A stretch of DNA of 64,000 nucleotides from the human T2T-CHM13v2.0 reference genome, Homo sapiens: NCBI RefSeq assembly GCF_009914755.1, contig NC_060938.1; one strand, written 5' to 3'. Positions within the stretch are counted from its first letter, which is position 1; each line of letters begins with the position of its first letter. Positions 44,613 to 62,654 of this stretch are shown one piece after another. Position numbers and translations under genes: made by a program. The notes beneath the pieces were generated by a model. The model did not search any database and was not told where the DNA came from. It saw nothing but the letters and a program-made list of their open reading frames with translations.

Positions 44613-45314
44613 TATAAGACTCCATATAAGCCTGAGGAAAAGTCAGCTATCAATTTCACAGAAGAAAAGTCCAATGAGCATCCTTGGTACTGCCACTGGA
44701 AGGGCTGACATCTTGTTGACAGCCCTGTTTGCAACACTTGTCTGAGTTTCCAGATGCATCACAAAGTGGTGATGTGATTTGTTCTTGAGTCTCATGGCAG
44801 ATGTGCTCAGCAGCAGTAAATTCTATCAGAGAAAGCTGCTCTTTTCCAGTAGCTCGGTCTCCTGAACTTTTTATGATGTTTCGTCCCTTTGACCCAATGA
44901 AAGTTGTGAAGTCATTCTCTCCTTTGAAGCAAATATGAAACATTAACTCTCATTTTTTGGGAAAACTTATCTTAGTATCACATCAAAAAGGAGCTTTTTT
45001 TCCAGGACCTGAGTAATTTGAGAATAGAAGGAAGAGGTGCCCCTGAGGTAGTGAGGTGGGTGCAAATGGATCTGTAATGTAAAGAAGAATGTCAGCACAA
45101 CTTCAATGAGAAGACGGACTACAGGTCACTATAAAAAGAGACCTCAAGGAATTACAAAGACCCAGGCCTTCCCCCAAAGGACTTTGGGACCAGAGAAAAG
45201 GATGTATGATCTAAAACTCATTAGCTTGGACATTAGGACACAGGCACCACAAGGAAGTCAAGAGACTTTCTATAGCCACATTTCATTACAGTGTCAAATT
45301 TGTTGTTAAGAAAA

Positions 45315-48300
45315 AAAAGAAGTGGATTTAAACTGCACTTCAGACCAAATGAACCTAACATATATTTATCGAACATTTATCTAACAGCTGCAGCATACAA
45401 ATTATTCTCATGAGCACATGTAACATTCTCCAGGATAGACCCTATGTTAGACCACAAAACAAGTCTCAACACATTTTTAAAAACTAAAATAATATCAAGT
45501 ATCTTCTCAACTACAGTGGAATGAAACTAGAAATAAATAATTAGAGAAACATTGGAAACAAAGCAAATACATGGAAATTAGACATGTTCCTAAACAACCA
45601 TGGGGTCAATAAGAAATTTAAGAACGAAACGAAAACATTTGTTGAAACACATTGAAATGGAAACACAACACACTAAACTCTATGGGCTAAAAGCAGGGCT
45701 AAGAGGGAAACAATAAACGTATACATCAAAAAATTAGAAGATTTCAAATAAATAATTAACAATGCATCTCAAGGAACTACGAAAACAAGGACAAACCAAA
45801 CTCAAAATTGGGTGAAGGAAAGAAATAAGAAAAGATTAGAGCATAGCTAAACAAAATAGAACCAAAACAAAACAAAACAAAAAAAAACCCCGAAGAATCA
45901 ACAAAACAAAACTGGCTTTTTGAAAAGATAAAGAAAATTGATAAACCTTTAGCTAGACTAACCAAGGGAAAGGAGAGAAGTTCCCAATAAACAAAATCTG
46001 AAACAAAAAAAGGATACATTAAAACCAAAAATACACAAATAAAAAGGATCATCAGAGATTATTATGAACATCTATATGTGAACAAATCAGAAAATCTAGA
46101 GGAAATACATAAATTCCTGGACACACATAAAACCTACCAATAGTGAACAAGGAAGAAATAGAAAATCTGAATAGACCAATAACAAGTAATGAAATTGAAT
46201 CAGCAACAAGTCTCTTAACAAAGAAAAGCCCAGGGTCAGATGGCTTTACATTGAATTCTACCAAACTTATAAAGAAGAATTAACATCAATTCTTCTCAAA
46301 CTATTCCAAAAAATTGAAGAGTAGAGAATTCTTCCTAACTCATTTTATAAGGCCAGCATTACCCTGATATCAAACTGGACAAGAAGACAGTAAAAAAAAA
46401 AAAAAAAAAAAAAACACTACAGGCCAGTATCCCTGATGAACATAGATGCAAAGATCCTCAACAAAAAACTAGCAAACTGAATCCAAAAACACTAAAAATG
46501 TGAGACCCCCCCCTCTTCTCTATAAAATATAAAAACATCCTGGGCATGGTGACACATGCTTGTAGTTCCAGCTACTTTGGAGGCTGAGGCAGGAGGATTG
46601 CTTGAGCCCAGGAGTTTGAAACTGTAGTAAGCTATGATCGTGCCATTGCAGCAACAGAGTAGGACCCTGTCTCTTACCAAAAAAAAAAAAAAAAAAAAAA
46701 AAAGATAATAAAGTAGGAGTAATCCCAGGGATTCAAGGACAGTTCAACACGTGCAAATCAAGAAATATATACATCACATCCACAAAATGAAGAAAAAAAA
46801 CCTAAAATCATCTCAATAGGCAAAAAAAGAGCATTTGGTAAAATTCAACATTCCTTTATGATAAAAACTCTCAACAAATAAGGCGTAGTAAGAACAGCTC
46901 TCAACATAATAAAGGCCTTATGTGACAAACCCACAGCTAAGAATGAAGAAAAGCAGAAAGCCTTTCCTCTCAGAACTGGAACAAGCAAAGATGCCCACTT
47001 TCACCACTCCTATTCATCATAGTACTGGAAGTCCTAGCCAGAGCAATCAGGCAAGAGAAAGACATAAAAAGCATCCCAATTTGAAAAGAGGAAGTAAAAT
47101 TGTTCCTCTTTACAGATGATATGATCTTATATAGAAAAACCTGAAAATACCACTGAAAAACTCTGAGAACTAATAAATTCGGTTAATTTGCAGGATACAA
47201 AATCAACACACAAAAATCAGTAGCAGTTCTACACACCAATAATGAACTAGCTGAGAAAGAAATAAAGCAATCCTATTTACAATAACTACAAAAATAATCC
47301 TGGGAATAAATGTAAACAAAGAGGTGAAAGACTTCTACAAGGAAAACTACAAACCATTGATTAAAGAAATTGAAGAGGACATCAAAAAAATGGAAAGACA
47401 TCTCATGCCTATGGATCACAATAATTAATATTGTTAAAATGACCATACTACCCAAAGCAATCTATAGAGTCAATGTAATCCCTATCAAAACGCCAATGAC
47501 ATTCTTCTCAAAAATAGAAAAAACGATCCTAAAATTCATACGAATCCACAAAGGAGCTCAAATATCCAAAGTGATACTGAGCAAAAAGAACCATCTGAAG
47601 GTATCATACTACCTTAGCTTCAAAATATTATTCAAAGTTATAGTGACTAAACATTTAAACCATGGTAATGGTATAAAAACAGACCCATAAGGCCAATGGA
47701 AAGAGCCAAGAAATAAATCCATATATTTACAGCCAGCTGACTTTCAACAAAGGTGTTAAGAACATATATTGGGGAAAGGACACCTTCTTCAATAAATTGT
47801 GCTGTGAAAAGTGGATATCTACATGCAGAACAATGAAACTAGACCCCTATCTCTATCCATATACAAAAATCAACTCAAAATGAATTAAAGACTTAAACCT
47901 AACACCCGAAACTACAAAATGACTAGAAAAAAGTAGCAGAAACACCCCACGGCATTGGTCTAGGCAAAGATTTTATGGCTAAGACCTCAAAAGCATAGGC
48001 AACAGAAGCAAAAATAGACAAATGGGATTATGTCAAACTAAAAAGCTTGTGCACAGTAAAGGAAATAATAATAGTGCAAAGAGTCAACCTATTGAATGGG
48101 AAAAAACATTTTCAAACTATTCATCTGAGAAGGGACTAATACTCGCATATATTAGGATATCAAACAGCTTAAATGCAGAAAACCAAATTTCCCATTAAAA
48201 AGTGGGCAAAGGATCAAACAGACACTTGTCAAAAGAAGACATACAAATGGCCAACAGGCATATGAAAAAAATGCTAAATATCACAAATCATCAGAGAAAT

Positions 48301-49140
48301 GCAAATCAAAGCCACAATGAGACATCTTACCCCTATCAGTATGATACTATCAGGAATACAAAAGATAACAAATGCTAGCCAGCATAGTGAGAAAGGGGCA
48401 ATACTGCTGGTGGGAATGTAAATTAGTACAGCCATTATAGAAAACAGTGTGGAGATTTCTCAAAAAACTAAAAATAAAACTACTATATGATCCAGCAATA
48501 CCATTACTGGGTATTTATCCAAAGGAAAGGGTATCTGTTTATCAAAGGTGTATCAGCACCCGCATGTTTATTGTATCACTATTTACAATAGTCAAGATAT
48601 GAAATCAACCTAAGTGTCCACCAATGGATGAACAGATAAAGGAAATGTGGCATACATACACAATGGAATATTATTCAGCCAAAAAAAAGAAGGAAATCCT
48701 GTCATTTGCAGCAACATGGATGGAACTGGAGGTCATTATGTTAAGTGAAATAAGATAGGCACAGAAAGACAAACGGGCAAGTTCTCACTCATTTGTGGGA
48801 GCTGAAAAAGTTGATCTCATGGAGGTAGTGAGTAGAATCACAGTTATCAGAGAGTCGAAAGGGTATGCAGAGAGGTTGGTTAATGGGTACAAACATACAG
48901 TTAGATAGAAGGAACAAATTCTGTTTGGTAAGATGACTATAGTTAACAATACTACACTGTATATTTGAAAATAGCTAGAGAGAATATGTGAAATGTTCCC
49001 AACACAAAGAAATGATAAAAGTTTGAGGTCATGGATACCCTAAATACCCTAACTTGATTATTATACACTGTATGCATGTATTAAAACACCACATATACCC
49101 CATAAATATGTACAAATACTATGCACCAATTAAAAAATGT
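45315..49140 (+). mobile_element. 5'-truncated old L1 (L1MA-type): decayed ORF2 plus 3'UTR
   Basis: Continuous ORF2 homology from the end of the EN domain through RT ([27 protein letters not shown]) to an L1MA-type 3'UTR and A-rich end; Alu fragment at about 46500-46702. Confidence 0.9.
46500..46702 (+). mobile_element. Truncated AluJ inside L1
   Basis: gtgagaccccc...ggattgcttgagcccaggagtttg...A-tail. Confidence 0.85.
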
Positions 49141-50707
49141 AAGAGAAAGAAAAAATGTTTTCTAGGCTCTGAGGGCTTCCATCTCCATTGGCTCCACTGC
49201 TTTTAACTTTCTGCATGACTGAATTGAAACCTTAAGAAAGGCAGTCCATTGTTTAATTCAGAAGAAGAAAAAAAAAAAAACTTTCAGAGAGGAATGAAAT
49301 GAAAAATAATCAGTTGTGCCCAGCCAATCTCTTAGGTTTTTAAACAATTCACAGAATGGGTGGGAGGCAAGGAATGACAAGGCCTGGCTCTGCTCCTAAT
49401 ACTTCTAGGCCTTGGCTTTCTTACCCGTAAAATGTGGAAATTCGACTAAATAATCTCTTAAGTTTCTTCTAACTTTAAAGGTCTGAGATGCTTAAAGAAA
49501 CCAAAACTCATTATGATTCTAAAACCAAATAAGAAGACTTATTTCCAGAGGCTTTGGGGTTAATAAAGTAATAATAAACACTCGCGGGGGTACTCTGTAC
49601 CAGCCACCATGGCTTGAGCACTTGATGTCCACTGATACTTTGTTGAGTGCATGTTAACATTTTATCTTTAAAAAGCATAGCTCATAAATCTTTCTGAAGC
49701 CCTGACTTTGCACAAGAGATTCAGTGAGCAATTTCTAATGTCATTTAAATCAGTGGTGTTAAATTACTCATCTGGGAAACTACTTAAAGCTGGAGACACC
49801 ATCTTTCATAGGTGAATTTGATGATTATTTGAAATGCTATCTACATTTAAAATATTCAGTAAAACAGTTCAGAATTATGACCGGAGGAACTACTTTCCAT
49901 TTTTCTCAATTCTCTTTCTAGACTCAAGTGCTTGAGACTAAGGTATTTTGAGGTAAGCTCTTCTTTTTTTTTTTTTTTTTTTTTCTGGTGGGAGGCAAGG
50001 GATAATGCTGATTCAATGTGGCAAAAATGGGAAATGTAGCTTTACAAAATTCATTGGACACCTCCCTAATTCCAAGAATTATGCTGAAAACTAGAGTGTG
50101 AGGACAATCCAGAAATGAAAACATCACTATTGCCCTGGAGGACTGAAGAGTTTGGTAGGGAGATAACATCCATGCCAAGAGCTCTCCTATAATAAGAGGT
50201 GACAGGAACTGTGACATGGAGCAAAACTCCCTAGAGAACCTGCTTGGGATAGCTTACTTTGAATTTTTTCTTTAGGACCATACTTGGCACAAAGTAAGAA
50301 CTGTGTGAGAGAAAACATTATTTTAATTTGATCTTATATCATCAGTAGGACTTTGTCATGTGGATAAAAATGGAGTTATTAAGGTGAAAGCAGCAGTAGA
50401 GGCACAAAGGTGCAAAATTTTGAAGCATAATGGGGCAAAGAGTTTGATAGAGATTCTGTCCATTCAAAATGTGAAATCCCTTTTAAATCTGTTCAGTTTT
50501 TTTCTAACCTAGTCCAGTTCCCCAGTCCAGGCCACCATCTATCTTGTCTGGATACTGCCCTGACCTCTAGCTGGTATGAGGTTCTAGCCCAGTGGCTGGC
50601 ACATAGTAGTTCCTCATCTGTTGAATAAATGAATCAGCTGGCATTAGGCATTAGATCCACAGAGTCTGTGCTTCATTGTATAAGCACCAGAGGCGTATAA
50701 GCAAAGC

Positions 50708-51260
50708 AGGGATTCTTAGCTTGTGCTATCAACCGTTTGTCAGTCTCCTAAAGCCTAGGACGCCTTCTCAAGATAATGTGTTAAATACATGAACAAATAC
50801 ATAAGACTTAAAAAGAAAAGTATATATTAAAATACTTATCTAATATTAAAAACTAACTTCATGAGTTTCTGATATAACAATATCAGCACTTCTTTATTAA
50901 CACATTAATACTATCATAATTAATGGTAGTATTACCGTAATAACTATAATAATGCTATCATTATTATGGTTAATACTACTACTAATACAACCATTAATAC
51001 AGCCAAGAACTACCATTATTTCCAAGTAGCAATGATAAAAGATAAAGGATATCTTAAGATATCTGTCACAACTATAATGTGCTACGGAAACATCTATGCT
51101 TTCTGTTGGTGACTAAGTGGAAGGTACTGCTAATGTTACTGTGGTTTGTTGCCTACATCCATAATTGAGGGACATGCTCATCTCATTAACCTCCTTAGGG
51201 ACTGGAGACAATAAAGATGTAAATCATCCAAGTTGATGGACCCTCTGGATTCCAGGTGGT
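50708..51260. mobile_element. hAT-Charlie MITE (MER119-like)
   Basis: cagggattcttagc...aagcctaggacgccttctcaagataatgtg...ccaagttgatggaccctctggattccaggt. Confidence 0.55.
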
Positions 51261-53525
51261 TCCATATCTAGTTTGAATCACCTGACTGGAACTGAAAAAA
51301 CACAGCATCTTATACTCTCCCCTACAGGATTGGGAACAGAGGAGTGACCCTTCCTGAGGGCCCAGCCACAGGAGGGACAGAGCTGCATAACGTTGACAAG
51401 CCTGGATGTCATTCTTAATTTTAGCACTTAACTAACGTGTGACTCTGGCATTGGTGTCCTCATCTGTTAAAGAAGGATCATAACACTAAAAGAACATCAC
51501 AGAGGATATCAATAAAAAGCATTACAGTTGTCACCTCCTCTTCAGTATTACCACATTAGCCATTCTGAAAGGGACTTGCAAAAATCTCTGGTTGGAGACC
51601 ACAAGTTTTTTATTAAGAGCTTCCAAAATACCTCGTTTACACCACCCTTTTGGAACACAGCATCTTAAACTGTTGCTCTTTCTTAGATTTTGCTCCACAC
51701 AGATGGTTCAGTAACCACAAGAATATATTTCAATATCATGGAAAAGCTTTCCCTAAGTCACCATATTTGCAGTCTCTGAGGTGAATAAATAGGGAAGAAA
51801 AATATGGCTATTTTGGTCAAAGAATGTATAGGACAGTAATATTCTCAAATATGTAAACTTAGAGAGCATTCTTCCACTGCACCTCCACACATCTACATGA
51901 ATTAATTCAAAAGAAATTTAAAAGATGACAGTAAAATTCAAATAAGAACAGGAAAAAAATGGAGATTATTGGATAATAGTCTTACATTTGAAAACATGGG
52001 GAAAAGTTTTATTTCCACACTAGTCACATCCATGTGTTCTCTTTTAATTCTTACCAATCATGAAAATACATTTCAGTGAGCAAATACACTTAAGCCTAGG
52101 TAATTGGAGAAAAGGTTTGGAAATGAAGGTCTTCTAGCTCTGTATCAGAAAATTTAATTTAGGACATTAACAAGATGACAGAATGGAAGGTCCCAGCTTC
52201 ACCACCCCCAACAAAGAGTTCAACTAGCAACTATCCATAGACAGGAACACCTAGGTGAAACCCCACAAATTGGAAAAAATCTCAGTCACCTACATGGTCC
52301 ACAGGATGAAATGAAAACCTCATGGAAAGGGTAAGAGAAATAGACTCACTTTAACCACTTTACTCCTCCCCTTCCCCCACAAGTCGGCACAGGCCCAACA
52401 GAGAGGATTTCCGCTTGGGACCACATTTTCTACAGAGGAAAAAGAAAATCAGAGGCAGACACCCAGCTTCCTTAGGATTCTCAAACACTTCCCAGTAAGC
52501 CCACAGTCATTTCACACCTCCACCAAGACCTGTGTCCAGAAGGAAACCATAGATCTAAAACACCTGGGGCCAGGTAGCAACAAAGCAAGGCAGAGCCCAC
52601 AGCAAACAGGATGTAGACCTTGGTGGTAGCTCTGTGTACTTGACAGTGGTGGCGCCCTATCAGAGTTACTAGCTAACAGCATAGCCCACGGACAAAGCTG
52701 ATCTGCCATACCTAGGAGTTTCAACAGTTCTCAGTCCAGCCTCAGAGCCCACCCCAAGGCGCCACATGGTAAGGAGGCAAACCTCAACTATGTATTTACA
52801 CTGAGAAAAGCAGAGGAAAACAAAGCAGCTTGTCCTATCTTTCCTGATCAGAAACTCCACCTGACCTCTGGGCTTCTCCTGCAACCCTGTCTAGCTGCTA
52901 AACTCAAAGAGTGGTATCACCTGGCCAGGGAATGCACCCTGTGGCCTAGCCCAATCTGAGGTGACGACAGGGTCCATCCAACAGCTCAGCCTGACTGCAG
53001 AGGTCAGCCAGTGGTCTTACCAGATACTGGAGCCCAGCCAGCTGCCCCATCCAAATGCAAGGCAAAGGAAGCAGCCCAGCCATCTAGAGAATCTGAAAGC
53101 AAGTTCTGTCTTTCCAGGGTCCTTACCAGCTGTCCTATCGGAATCACTAAACAGTGAAGGCCTACCTCTACAAAAGAACACCTGTAACAGCCAGAAAAGA
53201 TGGCTGCATCCTCAAATACGCAGATATCGATGCAAGAACACAAGGATTACAAAGACTTAGGAAATCATGACACCTCCAAAAGAAACAAACAAAGCTCCAA
53301 CGATGGGCCCAAAAGAAAGGGGGATCTATGAAATGACAGACAAAAAAATTCAGAATAATTCTCTCGAAAAAGTTCAGTAAATGACAAGAATATATGGATA
53401 AATATGCAATAAAATTTGGAAAAGTATACATGAACGAGAATTTTGACAAAAAAATAGAAACAACAACAAAAAATAGAAATCCTAGAGATAAAGAACACAA
53501 TTACTGAAGTGAAAAATGCAACAGA

Positions 53526-53790
53526 GGCTGGGCACGGTGGCTCACGCCTGTAATCCCAGCACTTTGGGAGGCCAAGGAGGGCGGATCATGAGGTCAGGAG
53601 TTCAAGACCAGCCTGGCCAACATGGTGAAGCCCTGTCTCTACTAAAAATACAAAAATTAGCTGGGCATGGTGGCACGTTCCTGTAATCCCAGCTACTCGG
53701 AAGGCTGAAGCAGAATTGCTTGAACCGGGACCTGGGAGGCGGAAGTTGCAGTGAGCAGAGATCACTCCGTCTCAGAAGGAAAAAAAAAAA
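53526..53790 (+). mobile_element. AluS with a 3' internal deletion, inserted in L1 ORF1
   Basis: gagatc joins directly to actccgtctc; TSD aaaaatg(c/a)aa(c/t)aga. Confidence 0.92.
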
Positions 53791-54490
53791 TGAAATAGAA
53801 CACTTCAACAGCAGGCTTGACTAAATGGAAGAAAGAATGAGTGAGCTCAAAGACAGAACATTTGAAATTATCCATTCAGAAGAGAAAAAAAAGAATGCAA
53901 AAGAATGAAGAAAGCCTACAGGACTTATGGATAAGGCACCATCAAGAGACCTAACCTTCACACAACAGAAATTCAAGAAGGAGAAGAAAGAGAAAGGGAG
54001 CCAGAAAGCATATTTTAAAAAATAATAGTTGAAAATTTCTCTAACCTGAGGAAAGATGACAACATCCAGGTACAGGAAGTGCAGAAGTCTCCAATAAAAT
54101 TCAACCCAAAGAGGCGTTCACAAAGACACATAATTAAATTATCAAAAATCAAAGACAAATAAAAAATTATGAGCGCACCAAGAGATAAGAAATACATCAC
54201 ATACAAAGGGGTCCCAATACAACTATAATCAATTTCTCAGCAGAAACTGTAGGTCTGGAGAGAATGAGATGATATATTCAAAGTGCAGAAGGAAAAAAGA
54301 AACCTGCCAACCAAGAATACTTCGTTCAACAAAGCTGCCTCTGAAATGAGGGAAAAATAAAAAATTTTCCAGACAAACAAAAGCTAAGGGAGTTCATTGC
54401 CAGTATGCCTACCTTATAGGTACTGATAAGTGAAGTTTTTAAAAGTTGAAGCAAAATGCTGCTATTAAATCATAAATAACGTAAAAATTA

Positions 54491-56854
<2,364 letters not shown>

Positions 56855-58730
56855 GAAAGCACAAAACCCAATGGTATAAGTAAAGCAGAGCCATATTCAG
56901 AATACTCTAAATGTACTATAATGATGATGTGTAAGGCAATTTTATCCCTAGCATTAAGGGTTAAAAAACAAAACTATTAATAACAACTATAGCTAAAATA
57001 AATTGTCAAAGGATACCCATTACAAAATAATATAAATTCTGACATTAAAACCATAAGGTGTGGGGGGAGGGAGGAGTAAATGTGTAGAGTTGTTATATAC
57101 AATCAAAATTATCATCAACTTGAAATAGGCGATCTGATGTATAAGATGTTCTACGTAAGCCTCTTGGTGATCACAAAGCAAAAATCTTTAGTAGAAGAGC
57201 AAAAGTACAAAGGATCAAAGCATACCACTACAGAAAACCATAAAATCACAAATGAAGTCAGAAGAAAGGAAGGAAAATGTATCTACAAAACAACCAGAAG
57301 GCAATTAATAAAATGGCAGTGGTAAGTTTTTACCTATTAATACTTACCTTGAATGTAAATTGATTAAATTACTCAATAAAAAGACAAAGAGTGACTGCAT
57401 GGATAAAAAAACAAGACCCAACTATATGCTGGGTCACCTCCCTTTTAAAGACACACATAGACTGAAAGTGAAGGAATGGAAAAAGATACTCCACACAAAT
57501 GGCAACCAAAAGAGAGCTGGGATAGCTATACTTATATCAGGCAAAATAGACCTTCAGTCAAAAACAGTAAGAAGAGACAAATAAGGACATTATATAATGA
57601 TTAAGGGGTCAATTCAACAAGAGAATACAATGATTATAAATACATATGCCCCCAATATCGAAGCACCTAAATACATAAAACAAATATTAAAAGATTGAAG
57701 GGAAAGACATATTGCAATACAATAATCATATCGGACTTGAATACTCTATGTTCAATAATGGCCAGATTAAACAGACAGAAAAGTAATAAGGAAACATTGG
57801 ACTTGAACAACACTTTAGACCAAATGGACCTAGCAAACATATACAGAACATTCCATCCAACAGCAACAGAATATACATTCTTCTCAAGTGCATCCAGAAC
57901 ATTATCCAGTATAGATCATATGTTGGGTCACAAGACAAGTCTTATTAAATTAGAGAAGACTGAAATCATATCAAGTGTGTTTTCTGACCACAGTGTAAAC
58001 AAATGGAAATCAATCACATGGAGAATTTCAGAAAATTCACAAATATATAGAAATTAAACAACATGACTCTCAGCCAATGGGTCAAAGAAGAAATTAAAAG
58101 GATTTAAACATATCTTGAGACAAACAAAAACAGAAACACAATGTACCACAACTTATGGAATGTGGCAAAGACAGTTCTAAGAGAAAAGTTTATCGCAATG
58201 AACACCTACATCAAAAAATAAGGAATATTGCAAGTAGTAATTTAATGTACACCTCAAGAAAACAGAGAAAGCTGAACAAACTAAGCCCAATGTCAATAGA
58301 AAAAAGAAATAATAAAGATCAAAGCAGAAATACCTGAAGTAGAGACTAGAAAAATACAAAAAAATCAATGAAACGAAGAGTTGGTTTTTTGAAAAGATAA
58401 CATGGATGAACTTTTAGCTAGACTAAGAAAAAATGGAAGACACAAGTAAATAAAATGAGAAATGAAAGGGGAGACATTACAACTAATCCCAGAAATACAA
58501 AGGATATTAAAAGAATATTACGATTACATGCCAAAAAGTAGGATAACCTGGAAGAAACGGATAAATTCCCTAAAAAATGTAATCTACCAAGACTGAATCA
58601 CAAGGAAATAGAAAATCTGAGCAAACCAATAACCAGTAAGGAGACTGAACCAGTGATTTAAAAACAAACAAACAAACAAAAAACTTCCATCAAAGAAAAG
58701 TCCCAATGGCTTTACTGCTGAAGTCTGCCA

Positions 58731-58887
58731 TTAGCCAGGTGTGGTTGTACACACCTGTGGTCCCAGCCACATAAGGGGCTGAGGGCAGAGGATCGCTCAT
58801 TCCTGGGAGGTTGAGGCTGCAGTGAGCTGTCTTCATGCCACTATACTCCAGCCTTGGCAACAGAGCAACACCTTGTCTTAAAAGAAA
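58731..58887 (+). mobile_element. Alu right-arm fragment (AluJ/FRAM) inside L1 ORF2
   Basis: ttagccaggtgtgg...gaggctgcagtgagc...gcaacagagcaacaccttgtct. Confidence 0.85.
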
Positions 58888-61800
58888 TGTTTTTAAATAA
58901 AGAAGAATTCCAATCCTCACAAACTCTTGAAAAAAATTAAAGACAAAACATTTCCAAACTCTTTTAATGAGGCCAGCATAGCTCTTCTTATGAGCCAAAC
59001 AAGGACATTACAAGAAAAGGAAACTACAGGAAAGGATCCTTCATGAACATAAATGCCAAAATCCTCAACAAAATACTGGCAAACTAAATTTAATAGCACA
59101 TTAAAATAATCATTCACCTATAATTAAGTGGCATTTATCCCTGGGATGCAAAGATGTTTCAATATATGCAAATCAATATATGTGATAATCACATTAACAA
59201 AATAAAAGATAAAAAAAGATCATCTAATTAGATACAGCAAAAACATTTGACAAAATTCAACATTCTTTAATGATAAAAAAAATAACAAATTAGGTATAAA
59301 AGGAATGTACCTTAACACAGTAAAGGCCATATGTGATTAAACACACAGCTAACATTATATTTAACAGTGAAAAACTGAAACTCTTTTCCCTGAGTCCTAG
59401 AACAAGACAAGGATGCCCACTCTTGCCACTTCTATTCAACATAGTATTGAAAATCCTTAGAGAAATTAGGCAAGAGAAAGAAATAAAAGGCATCCAATTA
59501 GAAAAGGAGGAAATGAAATTGCCACTGTTTGTTGATAACATAATCTTCCATATAGAAAACACTTAAGATTCCACCAATAAACTGTTATAACTAATAAACA
59601 TACACAGTAAAGTTGCAGGACACAAAATCAACACACAAAAATCAGTACTGTTTCTATACACCAACAAATGTTCTGAAAAAGAAATCAAGAGAACAATTCC
59701 ATTTACAATACCTACAAAAACAAAAGAATACATTTAACCAAAGAGGTGAAAACTATAAAATATTGATGAAATAAATTTAAGAAGATACAAATAAATGGAA
59801 AGATATCTTGTGCTCATGGATTAGAATAATTCATACTGTTAAAATGACCATACCACCCAAAGCAATCTATAGAATCAATGCAATCCCTATCAAAATTCCA
59901 ATGTCATTTTTCATTAAAATACAAAACAATCCTAAAATTCCACACTGAATTAAAAACAAAACAAAACAAATACCAAATAGCCAAAGCTATCATAAGCAAA
60001 AACAACAAAGTTGGAGGTATCACACTACATTACTTGAAACTATACTACAAGGATATAGAAACTAAAAGAGCATGATACTAGCATAAAAATAGACCCATTA
60101 ACCAATGGAACAGAACAGAAAGCCCAGAAATGAAACCACACATGTACAGTCATTTGATTTTTGACAAAGGTGCCAACACATTAGGAAAAGGATCATCTCT
60201 TCAATAAATGGTGTTGGGGAAACTGGATATCCACATGCAGAAGAATAAAATTAGACCCTTATCTCACACCATATACAAAATCAACTCAAAATGGATTAAA
60301 GGTTTAAACATAAGACCTGAAACTGTAAAACTATTGGAAGAAAATATAAGGGAAAAACTAGACAATATTGGTCTAGGCAATGATTTTTTACATTTGACCC
60401 CAAAGGCACAGGAAACGAAATAAAAAAGACAAATGGGATTAAATCAAAATAAAAAGTTTTTGTACAACAAAGGAAACAACAGAGTGAAGAGACAAATTAT
60501 GAATTTGGAGAAAATATTTGTAAGCCACATATCTGATAAAGGATTAATATCCAAGATATATACAAAACTCAAACAACTCTATAGAAAGAAAACAAATAAT
60601 TGGGTTTAAAAATAAGCAAAGGACCTGAATGACATTTCTCAAAAGAAGACATACAAAAGACTAACAAATATATATATAATACTCAACATCATTAACCATT
60701 AGGGGAATGCAAATTAAAACCACCATGAGATATCACCTCACACCTGTCAGAATGGCATTATCAAAAAGATTAAATATAACTAGCGTTGGTGAGGATGTGG
60801 AGAAAAGGGAACCCTTGTATAATGTTGGTGGGAATGCAATTTAGTACAGCCATTATGAAAAAGGTTCCTCAGAAAACTAAAAATGGAATTATGATATGAT
60901 CCAGCAATCCCAGTTCTGGGTACTTACTCAAAAGATTTGAAATCAGTATGCCAAAGAGATGTCTGCATGCCCATGTTCACTACAGCACTATTAAACAATA
61001 CACAAGTTATGGAATCAACCTAAGTGTCCATCAGTGGATGAATGGATGAAGAAAATGTGGCATACATACACAATGAAATACTATTTAGCCTTTAAAAAGA
61101 AAAATATTTTGTAATTTGCAACAACATGGATGGACTTGGATAACACTATGGTAAGTGAAATAAGCCAGGCACAGAAAAACAAGTACCACATATTCTCCCT
61201 TATATGTGGAATGTAGAACAATCAAACTCAAAGAAGTAAAAAGTAGAATGGTGGTTACCAGAGCCTGGGGAGATGCAGGGAATGGGTAGATGTTGGTTAA
61301 AGGGTACAAAGCCTCAATTAGACAGTAGTAATAAGGTTTTTATTTCTTGAAAATATATTACATGGTGTGATGAATACAGTGACTAATACTGTATTTTAGA
61401 TTGGAAAATTGCTAAGAGAATACATTTCAAATCTTCTCACCACAAAAATAATAAGTATTTAAGGTGATAGATACGTTAATTGATTTAATTGTTCCACATT
61501 GTATTAAAAAATCATAACATAACTTTGTACCCCATAAATACATATAATTTGTCTACTTATAATTTAAAAATTTTAAATTTAAAAAAGGATTAATTTATTC
61601 CACAAAAATCCACTGTGTAATTTCAATGTGCCAGGCAACATGCTGGGGATATACAATAGAAGTGGCTCCTGCTTACACAAAGGTCTCGGTCCAGCGGAGG
61701 ACTCCTAAACAAAGAATTGTGGTCCAGTGAAATAAGCACATGATGGGGGTTTGTATATTGCTCCTGAGAAATGTGGCGGAGGCAGCACTGCATCTGGGGA

Positions 61801-61899
61801 AGGCTCTCTATAATTGCTCCTTCCAGCAAGCGACTGTGTTCACAAACACCAGCCTCCCACAGTATACCAGGCACAGGGCAGGGTGAGCCCAGGAAAGAG

Positions 61900-62075
61900 A
61901 CTTGGGTTGAATCCCAACTACCCTTTTTATTTGTGTGACTTTTGCCAAATCATTTAACCTCTTTAGCTGTTGTTTCTGCATTCATAAAATGGGATAATAT
62001 GTACTTTTAAATTGTGAAGATTAAATGAGATAATATATGTATAAAGTATATAGGACATTCCTGGCACACAGTAGA
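61900..62075 (+). mobile_element. MIR relic
   Basis: gggttgaatccca...tgtgact...catttaacctct...aaaatgggataat...attaaatgagataat...cctggcacacagtag. Confidence 0.85.
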
Positions 62076-62654
62076 AACAATTACACATAGAAACAATTTT
62101 AAAAATTATATATAAAAATCATTTTAATGGCAAAAAAAGCTGTTTGCAGATTATCACTTCCTCATGGGAAAATATCACATAGCTTACTTTTCTTTGTATT
62201 CTCAGTAACTGACAAATGGTAGGAACTCAATATATGTGTTTCTGAGAAACTTTTGAACCTCCTGGAAAAAGCTTCAAACAAAGCAATCATTAAGAGTTTT
62301 TTGGTTTTAATAAGGATTAAAATCTAAAATGCACAACAAATGAAGACAAAAATACATAAGAACAGAAATGAGGTCAAATTTGTTAATGAAAGAGTGAAAA
62401 GATGTGATTTGTTTTCAAAAAAAAAAACTGCTCTGCTATTCTTCCATTTTGAGGAAGGAAAATATTGTTCAGGAAAAAGATGAGTATCTCTGACGTTTGT
62501 AACTAGGAGAAAGAATTTTAAAAATTAGTTAACTTGTTTCTGTTATCCAAGCAAAATATATTCAAGGTTTAAAAATATCATAAAATAGAGATGTGCCTTA
62601 AGAACACAAAAATTTCCTGTAATCCCATCAAGCACAACGGTAATCACTGTTTAC